Source: Nitrospirota bacterium (lineage in GTDB: Bacteria > Nitrospirota > Thermodesulfovibrionia > Thermodesulfovibrionales > Dissulfurispiraceae). From it: 64,000 nucleotides of DNA. Position numbers and translations under genes: made by a program. The stretch spans positions 38,573 through 102,572 of the forward strand of contig JBFLWF010000007.1 in NCBI GenBank assembly GCA_040758355.1, given 5' to 3'. Positions 9,131 to 18,046 of this stretch are shown one piece after another (within the stretch, counting starts at the first letter, position 1; the number at the start of each line of letters is the position of its first letter). The notes below the pieces were generated by a model, which worked only from the letters and a program-made list of their open reading frames with translations, made no database searches and had not been told where the DNA came from.

Positions 9131-9688
9131 ATGAAAATCCTCGGAATCGATCCCGGAAGTATAAACTGTGGGTATGGACTAATAACAAAAATTAGAAAAA
9201 TTAGGGACACATCCCATATTTATGGAAGTATAAGCCGAAAGGTGGATACAAATATGGGATGTGTCCCTAATTTTTCTAAGCTCCAGTATCTTTCCTCCGG
9301 CAGAATTGTTCTTCCTGCCAAAAAACCCCTTTATGTGAGACTCAGAGAACTCTACACATCCCTTGCGGATGTGATTGCTGAATATAAGCCCGATGAAATA
9401 GTGATCGAAAAGATATTTTTTGCAAAAGGCACTAAGGCTGCCCTCAGCCTCGGGCATACAAGGGGAGTGGTGCTTCTTGCTGCTTCCTTAACCGGCCTTT
9501 CTATTTATGAGTACAGCGCCCTTGAGGTGAAGAAGGCAGTAGTGGGTTACGGCAGGGCTGATAAGAATCAGGTGCAGAAGATGGTAAGGGAAATATTAAA
9601 CATTAAGCATTCATTATCTCCGGACAGCGCAGATGCGCTCGCATTAGCAATCTGCCATGCAAATACGAGACAGTTTGATTTGCGATAA
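9131..9688 (+). CDS. ruvC: Holliday junction resolvase RuvC with in-frame palindromic insert
   Basis: MKILGIDPG, EKIFF, LGHTRG, VKKAVVGYGRADK, DSADALALAICH; start set to ATG 9131. Confidence 0.93.
   Translation: MKILGIDPGSINCGYGLITKIRKIRDTSHIYGSISRKVDTNMGCVPNFSKLQYLSSGRIVLPAKKPLYVRLRELYTSLADVIAEYKPDEIVIEKIFFAKGTKAALSLGHTRGVVLLAASLTGLSIYEYSALEVKKAVVGYGRADKNQVQKMVREILNIKHSLSPDSADALALAICHANTRQFDLR
9192..9279. repeat. Perfect 30-bp inverted repeat (MITE/REP-like) inside ruvC
   Basis: TTAGAAAAATTAGGGACACATCCCATATTT (9192-9221) and exact reverse complement (9250-9279), 28-nt loop. Confidence 0.95.
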
Positions 9689-9893
9689 GCATAACTGACT
9701 TGAGCGAATTGTTATTTTTCGTTAACAGTTCTTAGCGAAATGGAGCGTCAGGCAATGGTATAATCTTGGAGCGACCATACCATTGCCTGACAGCCGCAAC
9801 TGTCTGAGCGAAGCGAGTTTTGCGGCTGTAGCGGAATGAGCTTAGAACTGTAGAAAAGTAGCACCTGAAGCGAAAGTCAGTTATGCTTATCGC
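9682..9893. repeat. 212-bp multi-branched palindromic element
   Basis: 20-bp terminal IR (9682-9701 / 9874-9893); internal stems 9747-9761/9777-9791, 9791-9799/9820-9828, 9725-9732/9844-9851. Confidence 0.85.
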
Positions 9894-9950
9894 CATTATT
9901 ACTGTTATTAAATGCTGACTACTGGCTGCTGTTTGCTGTATACTAATGTT

Positions 9951-10520
9951 GTGATTGCATCGCTGCGTGGAAAACTGATTTCAAAAAGGCCGGAGAGCCT
10001 GACAGTAGATGTGGGAGGCGTCGGTTACAGTGTTCAGGTGCCTTTAACGCTGCTTTCATCCCTTCCTGAAGAAAACAGAGATGTCTTTCTGTACATATAC
10101 ACACATGTGAGAGAGGATGCCATACAGCTCTATGGCTTTCAGGCAGAGGATGAGAAAAGGATATTCACCACGCTCATAGGCATATCAGGAATAGGGCCGA
10201 AGGTAGCATTAAATATACTCTCAACTATTCCGCCGGATAATTTTCACAATGCAATAAATTCCGAGGATGTGGACGTCCTCTGCAGGGTGCCTGGACTCGG
10301 CAAGAAGACAGCCCACAGGTTAATCCTTGAGCTGAAGGGAAAGCTTCCATCCATTAAAGAAAAGAAAGACACTATTTATGACGACACCCTGTCCGCACTC
10401 GTAAACCTCGGCTATAAAAAGAACATTGCCCAGGATGCCCTTGAAAAGGCATACAATAACGGCTACAGGGATATTGAAAGTTTACTCAGGGAGTCATTAA
10501 AATACCTTACAAAAGAGTGA
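9951..10520 (+). CDS. ruvA: Holliday junction DNA helicase subunit RuvA
   Basis: (M)IASLRGKL..GGVGY..HVREDA..GIGPK..ALVNLGY; start set to GTG 9951. Confidence 0.93.
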   Translation: MIASLRGKLISKRPESLTVDVGGVGYSVQVPLTLLSSLPEENRDVFLYIYTHVREDAIQLYGFQAEDEKRIFTTLIGISGIGPKVALNILSTIPPDNFHNAINSEDVDVLCRVPGLGKKTAHRLILELKGKLPSIKEKKDTIYDDTLSALVNLGYKKNIAQDALEKAYNNGYRDIESLLRESLKYLTKE

Positions 10521-10557
10521 CTGAATGGAGTATTGGAGTGATGGAGTAATGGAATAG

Positions 10558-11580
10558 ATGAGAATAGAGGACAACGAACTAAGTCCGCTTTCTCCTGAAG
10601 TAAGCCAGGAGGAACTGACATACGAGATAAACCTCAGACCCCGCTCCCTCGATGAATTTATAGGGCAGGAGCGGATCAAGGAAAACCTTAAGGTATTCAT
10701 TGCCGCAGCACGCCTCAGAAAGGAACCCCTCGACCACGTGCTTTTCTGCGGCCCTCCCGGGCTTGGAAAGACTACCCTTGCCACAATAATAGCCAATGAA
10801 CTTATGGTGAACATAAAGACCACATCAGGCCCTGTTCTTGAAAGACCGGGTGACCTGGCTGCCATACTCACCAATCTCTCTGACAGGGATATCCTGTTTA
10901 TAGATGAAATCCACAGATTGCCCCGAATTGTGGAAGAGGTGCTGTATCCGGCAATGGAGGATTATAAGCTCGACATAATCATCGGGCAGGGGCCAAATGC
11001 AAGGACGCTGAAATTAAATCTCCCGAGATTTACCCTTATAGGCGCAACAACGAGGACAGGACTTCTGACATCGCCATTGAGGGACAGGTTCGGAGTCATA
11101 TGCAGGCTTGAGTTTTATAATCCTGAAGAGTTGAAGGAGATAGTAAACCGCTCTGCCCATCTGCTCGAGATAGAGATAAGGGGTGACGCTGCTATAGAGA
11201 TCGCAAAGAGGTCCCGCGGCACACCAAGGATTGCAAACAGACTTTTAAAACGGGTGAGGGATTTTGCACAGGTAAAGGGCGACGGAATCATCGATATGAA
11301 GATAACAAAGGATGCCCTTCATGCCTTAAATGTGGATGTCCTAGGCCTCGACGAGATAGACAGGAAGCTCATTCTCACAATAATAGAAAAATTCAGCGGA
11401 GGACCTGCCGGAATAGATGCCATTGCTGCATCTTTAAGGGAAGACAGGGAGACGATAGAGGATGTGTATGAGCCTTATCTCTTGCAGGAAGGCTTAATCG
11501 AAAGGACCTCAAGGGGGAGGCTTGCCACAAGGCTGGCTTATGAGCATTTGGGGAAGAGTCTGCCGCAGGGATTGTTTTAG
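10558..11580 (+). CDS. ruvB: Holliday junction branch migration ATPase RuvB
   Basis: [40 protein letters not shown]. Confidence 0.97.
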   Translation: MRIEDNELSPLSPEVSQEELTYEINLRPRSLDEFIGQERIKENLKVFIAAARLRKEPLDHVLFCGPPGLGKTTLATIIANELMVNIKTTSGPVLERPGDLAAILTNLSDRDILFIDEIHRLPRIVEEVLYPAMEDYKLDIIIGQGPNARTLKLNLPRFTLIGATTRTGLLTSPLRDRFGVICRLEFYNPEELKEIVNRSAHLLEIEIRGDAAIEIAKRSRGTPRIANRLLKRVRDFAQVKGDGIIDMKITKDALHALNVDVLGLDEIDRKLILTIIEKFSGGPAGIDAIAASLREDRETIEDVYEPYLLQEGLIERTSRGRLATRLAYEHLGKSLPQGLF

Positions 11581-11582
11581 AA

Positions 11583-12110
11583 GTGAAACTGCTGATGCAT
11601 ATATGTTGTGCCAATTGTGCTCTATATCCTTTGACTGTTATCAAGCAGAGGGGTATCGATGTGAAAGGCCTCTGGTTTAATCCGAATATCCATCCATTAA
11701 CAGAATACAAAAGCAGACTGGATGCCTTAAAAAAACTTGAAACCCTGTGGAATCTAAATGTGGAATATACCGATTACTACGGATTGAAGGAATATCTCAG
11801 GAATGTGGTCGGCAATGAAGATAATCGATGCGAATATTGCTACACGGTCAGATTGGAGGAGACTGCTAAAAAGGCCAGAGATATTAATGCCGATGCCTTT
11901 ACTACATCTTTATTGGTGAGCCCTTACCAAAAATTTGATATGATTATAGATATAGGCAGGATGATGCAGGAGCGGTATTCCGTGGAGTTTTTTATCGAGG
12001 ACTTCAGGAATGGGTTCAATGAGGGCAGGAGGATGTCGAAGGAACTGGAACTTTACCGCCAGAAATACTGCGGCTGTATATATTCTGAAATGGAGAGGTA
12101 TGGAAGATAG
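11583..12110 (+). CDS. queH: Epoxyqueuosine reductase QueH (DUF208)
   Basis: HICCANC, FNPNIHP, RCEYCY, YRQKYCGCIYS; near queA. Confidence 0.88.
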   Translation: MKLLMHICCANCALYPLTVIKQRGIDVKGLWFNPNIHPLTEYKSRLDALKKLETLWNLNVEYTDYYGLKEYLRNVVGNEDNRCEYCYTVRLEETAKKARDINADAFTTSLLVSPYQKFDMIIDIGRMMQERYSVEFFIEDFRNGFNEGRRMSKELELYRQKYCGCIYSEMERYGR

Positions 12111-12125
12111 GGAGGAGATGAGACG

Positions 12126-13127
12126 ATGAGAATATGGAGTATTCGTGTTGCTGTCTTTGTGCTGTTTATTGCCTATTGCCTATTGCCTATTGCCTCATTC
12201 GCCGAGACCACCATAAGGGTATTGCTTGTTGACGGCAAGAATGCAAAGCTTCCCAAAAAGGACGAAAAGATTGAGAGGTTCGGCAATGCAAAGGGAGAAG
12301 TGCTTTTGAGCGGACTGAAGTATTCAGGTTCTATAGAGGTGTGGAAAGGGGACAACGGTCTTTACATTGTAAATGAAATACCCATTGAGGATTATATAAA
12401 GGGCGTTGTCGCCGGAGAGGTGGGAAATAGCTGGGATATAGAGGCGCTGAAGGCACAGGCTGTTGTGGCGAGGACTTATGCCCTTTATCAAAAGCTGAAT
12501 AGCAGTAAAATGCCTTATCATCTGACATCGTCCGTTCTTCATCAGGTCTATAAGGGCGGCAATATACCCGAGAATATAGCAAAGGCAGTGAATGATACGA
12601 GGGGCGAAATATTGACATATGAAGGCAAGCCGATAATCGCATACTATCATTCCACAAGCGGCGGCATGACAGAAGACCCTGCCGAGGTGTTTGGAAAGAG
12701 CTATCCATATTTGAAGCCAGTGGAGACGAGCTGCGAACTATCTCCTTATTTTATGTGGGAGAAACGCATACCTGTGTCCGAAATTGAGCGGGCATCAAAT
12801 GTGACAGGCGTAAAAGAGATTATGATAGATGATCTGACGGTTTCCAACCGTGCGAGGGATTTTAGGATTATTACAGAGAACGGTGAACATAAAATTCCCG
12901 CCAAGGAATTAAGGAAGAGCCTCGGCTGGGACAGACTGCCGAGCACCATGATAACAAATATCGCAAAGGACGAGGATTTCTACATATTCGAGGGCAGGGG
13001 CTACGGACATGGTGTCGGGATGTGCCAGTGGAGTGCCCTCGATATGGCAAAGAAGGGAACGAGTTACAGGGATATATTGTCTAAGTTTTATCCGGGGACT
13101 GTCATAGAGTTACATGAGAACCGCTGA
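12126..13127 (+). CDS. SpoIID/LytB family lytic transglycosylase
   Basis: EDYIKGVVAGE, EALKAQAVVARTY, GRGYGHGVGMCQW, FYPG. Confidence 0.9.
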   Translation: MRIWSIRVAVFVLFIAYCLLPIASFAETTIRVLLVDGKNAKLPKKDEKIERFGNAKGEVLLSGLKYSGSIEVWKGDNGLYIVNEIPIEDYIKGVVAGEVGNSWDIEALKAQAVVARTYALYQKLNSSKMPYHLTSSVLHQVYKGGNIPENIAKAVNDTRGEILTYEGKPIIAYYHSTSGGMTEDPAEVFGKSYPYLKPVETSCELSPYFMWEKRIPVSEIERASNVTGVKEIMIDDLTVSNRARDFRIITENGEHKIPAKELRKSLGWDRLPSTMITNIAKDEDFYIFEGRGYGHGVGMCQWSALDMAKKGTSYRDILSKFYPGTVIELHENR

Positions 13128-14157
13128 CTTTGATTTTTACCTGCCAAAGGATTTAATTGCATTAAGACCTTCGGAGAAACGGGATAATTCGAAGCTCCTC
13201 GTCCTGCACAGGGATGGAAGCATCGAGCACAGGAGGTTTTTTGATATTGCCGAATACCTGAAGGAAGGGGATATGCTTATGCTTAACAACACAAAGGTAT
13301 TCCCTGCAAGGATTATTGCAACAAAACCTTCAGGCGGGAAGATTGATGTTCTGCTCATTAAAGATACAAATGAGGATAGTACATGGGAGATAATGTGCAG
13401 GGGCAGGTTTAATGGCATGGTAACAATTGGTGATGGGGTTAAGGCAGAGGTGTGGACAGAAGAAGTCAAGAGTCAAGAGTCAAAAAAGTTTTTAAGGTTT
13501 TTGAATATAGAGCCATCAAAGGTTAATGATGTGTTCTGGCAATATGGCCGTATGCCTTTGCCTCCATACATAAACCGCATGCCTGACGATGCAGATAAAC
13601 AGAGATACCAGACCGTTTATGCAGAACATCAGGGGTCGATTGCTGCCCCAACTGCAGGCCTCCATTTTACCGAAGAGCTTCTCAATAAAATAAAAGATAA
13701 AGGTGTATCTGTTGAGGCATTGACACTTCATGTAGGTACTGGTACATTTAGACCTATAAAGACAGAGTACTTAGAAGATCACAGAATGGATTCAGAATAT
13801 TTTGAGATAAAATCATCTCTGGCGAATAAAATACAGAAGACAAAAGAGTCCGGCTGCAGGCTTATAACAGTAGGGACAACAGCAACAAGGGCGTTGGAGG
13901 GTTTTATGAGCGGTCTGTTTCAGAGACTCAGCTCTGTAAATGGTTCTGTGCGTGGATACACGGATATCTTTATATACCCGGGGTATAAATTTAGGGCAGT
14001 GGACAGCCTTATAACCAATTTCCATCTCCCGCGTTCCACTCCGCTGATGCTTGTATCTGCGTTGAGCGATTTCAAGAAAATATTACATGCTTACAAGGAG
14101 GCAATTGCCATGGGTTATAGATTTTTTTCCTATGGTGATGCTATGCTCATTTTATGA
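13114..14157 (+). CDS. queA: S-adenosylmethionine:tRNA ribosyltransferase-isomerase
   Basis: PLPPYI, YQTVYA, AAPTAGLHF, LHVGTGTF, TNFHLPRST, FFSYGDAM. Confidence 0.96.
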   Translation: MRTADFDFYLPKDLIALRPSEKRDNSKLLVLHRDGSIEHRRFFDIAEYLKEGDMLMLNNTKVFPARIIATKPSGGKIDVLLIKDTNEDSTWEIMCRGRFNGMVTIGDGVKAEVWTEEVKSQESKKFLRFLNIEPSKVNDVFWQYGRMPLPPYINRMPDDADKQRYQTVYAEHQGSIAAPTAGLHFTEELLNKIKDKGVSVEALTLHVGTGTFRPIKTEYLEDHRMDSEYFEIKSSLANKIQKTKESGCRLITVGTTATRALEGFMSGLFQRLSSVNGSVRGYTDIFIYPGYKFRAVDSLITNFHLPRSTPLMLVSALSDFKKILHAYKEAIAMGYRFFSYGDAMLIL

Positions 14158-14939
14158 GGGTTAGAGGACCGGAAAGATCGTCCATTTTGCTCCTCGGCAG
14201 AAGCACCGTGATTATCGGCGCCATTGTCATAACTGTCCTGAGTTTTGGCCTTGGATACTTCTGGGGATACAAGGGGAGTGACGTTTCCCAGACAGAGGAC
14301 GAGGTTAAAAAAGATACGGAACAGAAGGTGATTATTCCTCCTGAGGACAAAAGGGTGCTGGAGACTACTTCAACCACTCCAAAGGAGGCTCCTATAGCAC
14401 CTTCTATAAAGCCTCCTGAGTTCCCTCAGGAGACCACGCCTCAAAAATCAGCAGAGCCTGAAAAGGAGTTGCCCAAGGAGCAGAAAACTGCTGAGAGCAA
14501 AGCAGGTAAAAGCCATGGGGTAGAGATCGCAGAGGGCAGGGGTGAGCAGGCAGAGAAGGCAGAGAAGGATTCCTCAGAGGTGAAAGGGCCTGAAGTAAAG
14601 GCCGAAACAAAGGCCAAAACAAAGGAGAATACGCCTGCTGCCAATAAAGAAAAAAATACAGCAAAGAGTGCAGTAAAAAAGAATGCATTTCCAAAAACAT
14701 CAAAGTCCGTAAAACTTTATGCTATACAGTTTGGGGCATTCCCTAATAAAGAAGGGGCTGAGCAGCTCCGGCAAAGCCTGATCTCAAAGGGTATTAAGGC
14801 ATACATTGTCAGCAGGACCGAAAGCGATCCCTACTTCAGGGTAAGGGTAGGAACTTATAAAACCAAGAGAGAGGCTGATCTGGCAGCAGTATCACTGCAG
14901 AAGAGAACAGGAATGCAGAATTTTGTAACGGCTAAGTAG
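14154..14939 (+). CDS. SPOR-domain membrane-anchored protein
   Basis: N-terminal TM, low-complexity linker, YAIQFGAF..FRVRVG. Confidence 0.85.
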   Translation: MRVRGPERSSILLLGRSTVIIGAIVITVLSFGLGYFWGYKGSDVSQTEDEVKKDTEQKVIIPPEDKRVLETTSTTPKEAPIAPSIKPPEFPQETTPQKSAEPEKELPKEQKTAESKAGKSHGVEIAEGRGEQAEKAEKDSSEVKGPEVKAETKAKTKENTPAANKEKNTAKSAVKKNAFPKTSKSVKLYAIQFGAFPNKEGAEQLRQSLISKGIKAYIVSRTESDPYFRVRVGTYKTKREADLAAVSLQKRTGMQNFVTAK

Positions 14940-15017
14940 TAAATGAGTATATGGGTGAATGGGTATATGAGTAAGAAATATTACTCATCAACTCATATGC
15001 TCATCTACGCATTAACT
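14938..15017. repeat. Paired inverted octamer arrays (ATGAGTAA-like / TTACTCAT-like)
   Basis: Direct reading; begins at SPOR gene stop. Confidence 0.88.
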
Positions 15018-15035
15018 TTTAAATAGGAGGCATTT

Positions 15036-16007
15036 ACGAGAACTATAGAGATCGAACTGGACGAAGAAAGGGAATATCCTTTTCTTCACGGCGGAATAGA
15101 CAAGACCCTGAAGGTTATAGAAAATTCCCTCAGGGTTGCTATCAGTGTCAGGGGCAATAAACTCCTCATTCAAGGGGATGACGGAAACGTTGACAGGGCG
15201 GAGAAGGTAATCCAGGAAATACGGGAGGTAAATAAAAACGGATACATTCTAAAGCCCGAAGATATAAGCTATGCCATTAAATCCCTGTCAGAGGGCAAAG
15301 AGGTCTCTGTAAGGGATCTTTTTAAGGGCAATATCCCTGTTTCTTCAAAGAAGAGATTTATAATCCCGAAGACAGAAACACAGAGGCAATATATAGACTC
15401 GATAAACGAGTACGATATAATCTTCGGCATCGGACCTGCCGGCACCGGCAAGACGTACCTTGCAATGGCAATGGCCATCAATGCCTTTCTCACAAAACAG
15501 GTATCGAGGATCGTCCTTGTAAGACCCGCTGTCGAGGCAGGCGAGAAATTAGGTTTCCTGCCGGGCGATATAGCGGAAAAGGTCAGCCCTTATCTCAGGC
15601 CGCTGTATGATGCCCTCTTTGACATGATGGAGATAGACAAGGCATCAAAGCTGATAGAACGGGGCATTATCGAGATAGCACCCCTTGCATTTATGAGGGG
15701 AAGGACATTAAACGATTCCTTTGTGATCCTTGACGAGGCACAGAACACAACGTCGGAACAGATGAAGATGTACCTGACAAGGCTCGGCTTCGGCTCAAAG
15801 ACGGTAATCACAGGCGATATAACACAGATAGACCTTCCAGCCGGCAGGATGTCAGGGCTTGTCGAGGCATTAAAGATACTCAAAGACGTGGAAGATATAA
15901 AGATAGTATACTTTTCCGAAAGAGATGTTGTCAGACACAGGCTCGTCCAGGAGATTGTAAGGGCATACGAAAGGTATGAAAAACGGGACCCAGAAGAGCA
16001 GCAGTAA
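15036..16007 (+). CDS. phoH: PhoH/YbeZ family ATPase, probable non-canonical start (ACG 15036)
   Basis: Frame open from 15027; Walker A GPAGTGKT lies upstream of the first ATG (15465); RPAVEAGE, RGRTL, DEAQN. Confidence 0.85.
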   Translation, partial: TRTIEIELDEEREYPFLHGGIDKTLKVIENSLRVAISVRGNKLLIQGDDGNVDRAEKVIQEIREVNKNGYILKPEDISYAIKSLSEGKEVSVRDLFKGNIPVSSKKRFIIPKTETQRQYIDSINEYDIIFGIGPAGTGKTYLAMAMAINAFLTKQVSRIVLVRPAVEAGEKLGFLPGDIAEKVSPYLRPLYDALFDMMEIDKASKLIERGIIEIAPLAFMRGRTLNDSFVILDEAQNTTSEQMKMYLTRLGFGSKTVITGDITQIDLPAGRMSGLVEALKILKDVEDIKIVYFSERDVVRHRLVQEIVRAYERYEKRDPEEQQ

Positions 16008-17646
16008 GGGCCTCCAGAAAGCCTTTGAAGCAAAGGATATCTGGAGCAGGCTCAAGGAATACATGGGAAGGCATAGGGACGATATATACAAGATTATTGT
16101 CCTGATAGCCCTCGGTCTTATCGCTGCCCTGATAATTCAGGAAAAGATAGGTATCGATCGCTTTGCCGGCAGCTTCCTTATAGCAGCAGTAATCCTGTTC
16201 ATCTTCTATAAAGACATAAGGCGTTATAAGCCAGGTTACCTGAGGGATTACAAGATGCTGCTCCTTTTAGGCCTCCTTGTGACAGGCACGCTCCTGCTTG
16301 GAAGGGTATATGAATACTTGCTGTCAGGACTTCACAGGGGGCTTGCCTTTCCCGATGGCAACGCCTTTATCTACGGCATACCTATCCCCATAGGAGCCAT
16401 GCTCGTAAAACTTATATTTGACTTTCACACATCCATAATATTTTCATTTGCCATAAGCCTTTTGGCAGGAATATGGCTCAACGATCCTCTCTATACGGTT
16501 TATGTTTTTATCGGAAGTTTAACCGCCGCATTCGGGGTGGCGAGGTGCAAAAGGCGCTCGGCCCTTATAAAAGGCGGCATGTATGTAAGTGTTGTAAATG
16601 TTGTTACTGCCGGCATCATCCTGCTCCTCAACGGGAACCTTATCTCCCAGATGTCGCCTTCTGCTTTCCTGTTTGCTGCCCTGTCCGGAATTATGGTCTC
16701 TGCAACGGTCTCCATAATATTGCCTGTTATCGAATATATTTTCGGAATAACAACCGATATAAGCCTTGTGGAGCTGCTCGACCTCGATCAGCCGTTAATG
16801 CGCAATCTTATGATAACTGCTCCAGGAACATATCACCACAGCGTTATTGTCGGAAACCTTGCCGAGGCAGCGGCAGAGGCCGTGGATGCCAATCCCCTCC
16901 TTGCGAGGGTAACGGCCTATTATCACGACATCGGCAAGATAAAGATGCCCGAGTATTTTGTGGAAAACCAGACGAGTACAGCAAGCAAGCATGAGAAGTT
17001 AACGCCCCATATGAGCAGCATGATACTTACTTCCCATGTTAAAGAGGGCGTTGAACTGGCTAAACAGTATAAATTGCCGAGGTTGATTACAGACATCATA
17101 CAGCAGCATCACGGCACAAGTCTCATAACATATTTTTATCAGAAGGCTATAGAGCAGGCCGCAGACGTATCCCATGAGAATTATCGTTATCCCGGACCCA
17201 AACCGCAGACAAGGGTAGCAGCCCTTGTCATGATGGCCGATGCAGTCGAGGCAGCTTCCCGTGCGCTTACAGACCCCACACCTGCAAGGATTTCAGCCCT
17301 TGTGGACAGGATAATAAACAATATCTTCCTTGACGGGCAGATAGATGAGTGCGAGCTTACCTTGAAGGATATCTCGGAAATCAAGAAGCGATTTACCTAT
17401 ATCCTGACCAGCATCTTCCACAGGAGGATAGAATATCCCGAGCTTGATATAAAGGGCCTGCGCAATCCCGAAAAAACAACCTTTGAAGCCGGCATCCACA
17501 AAAACCCTGCAGAAAGGGGTTCTTTTGTGATGTCATTATTACAGAACAATGGAAATAACAATAAGGAACAACCAAAGACTGATAAGGATAAACCAGCGCC
17601 GTATAGAGAGCATCCTGAAAAAAGTCCTGAAACATCTAACCCTTAA
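15976..17646 (+). CDS. Membrane HD-domain phosphohydrolase (PgpH/7TM-HD-like)
   Basis: Multiple TM helices, APGTYHHS, YYHDIGK, HHGT, ADAVEAA; phoH-HD-ybeY context. Confidence 0.88.
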   Translation: MKNGTQKSSSKGLQKAFEAKDIWSRLKEYMGRHRDDIYKIIVLIALGLIAALIIQEKIGIDRFAGSFLIAAVILFIFYKDIRRYKPGYLRDYKMLLLLGLLVTGTLLLGRVYEYLLSGLHRGLAFPDGNAFIYGIPIPIGAMLVKLIFDFHTSIIFSFAISLLAGIWLNDPLYTVYVFIGSLTAAFGVARCKRRSALIKGGMYVSVVNVVTAGIILLLNGNLISQMSPSAFLFAALSGIMVSATVSIILPVIEYIFGITTDISLVELLDLDQPLMRNLMITAPGTYHHSVIVGNLAEAAAEAVDANPLLARVTAYYHDIGKIKMPEYFVENQTSTASKHEKLTPHMSSMILTSHVKEGVELAKQYKLPRLITDIIQQHHGTSLITYFYQKAIEQAADVSHENYRYPGPKPQTRVAALVMMADAVEAASRALTDPTPARISALVDRIINNIFLDGQIDECELTLKDISEIKKRFTYILTSIFHRRIEYPELDIKGLRNPEKTTFEAGIHKNPAERGSFVMSLLQNNGNNNKEQPKTDKDKPAPYREHPEKSPETSNP

Positions 17647-18046
17647 TCACCGCAGATACAGCTTTATCGAGTCTGCCGAGATAAGCGTGCTCTTTGTAAA
17701 TGACAGGAAGATGAGGGAACTGAATCTGCAGTATCGCGGGAAAGATAAAACTACCGATGTCCTGTCGTTCCCACAAATTGAACAGTTCAAACAGTTTAAA
17801 CGGTTTGAACTGTTAACTTCTCTCGGCGATATTGTTATTAACCTTTCCCAGGCAAAAAGGCAGGCGAAGGAACACGGGCTGACCTTTTATAATGAGATCG
17901 CATGGCTTCTAATTCATGGAACCCTCCACCTGCTCGGATATGACCATGAGAAGAATAAATACCAGGCAAGGAAGATGAGGGAGATGGAAAAAGAATTACT
18001 TACACTCCCTCTTAACACCATCAAGGAGGCTTCCTATCTGGTCTGA
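17549..18046 (+). CDS. ybeY: rRNA maturation endoribonuclease YbeY
   Basis: [35 protein letters not shown]. Confidence 0.93.
   Translation: MEITIRNNQRLIRINQRRIESILKKVLKHLTLNHRRYSFIESAEISVLFVNDRKMRELNLQYRGKDKTTDVLSFPQIEQFKQFKRFELLTSLGDIVINLSQAKRQAKEHGLTFYNEIAWLLIHGTLHLLGYDHEKNKYQARKMREMEKELLTLPLNTIKEASYLV

Noticed and set aside
9682..9893. Canonical integron attC site
   Set aside because: R-like boxes are present, but no unpaired central spacer or clear L boxes, and the flanks are housekeeping genes; kept only as an alternative.
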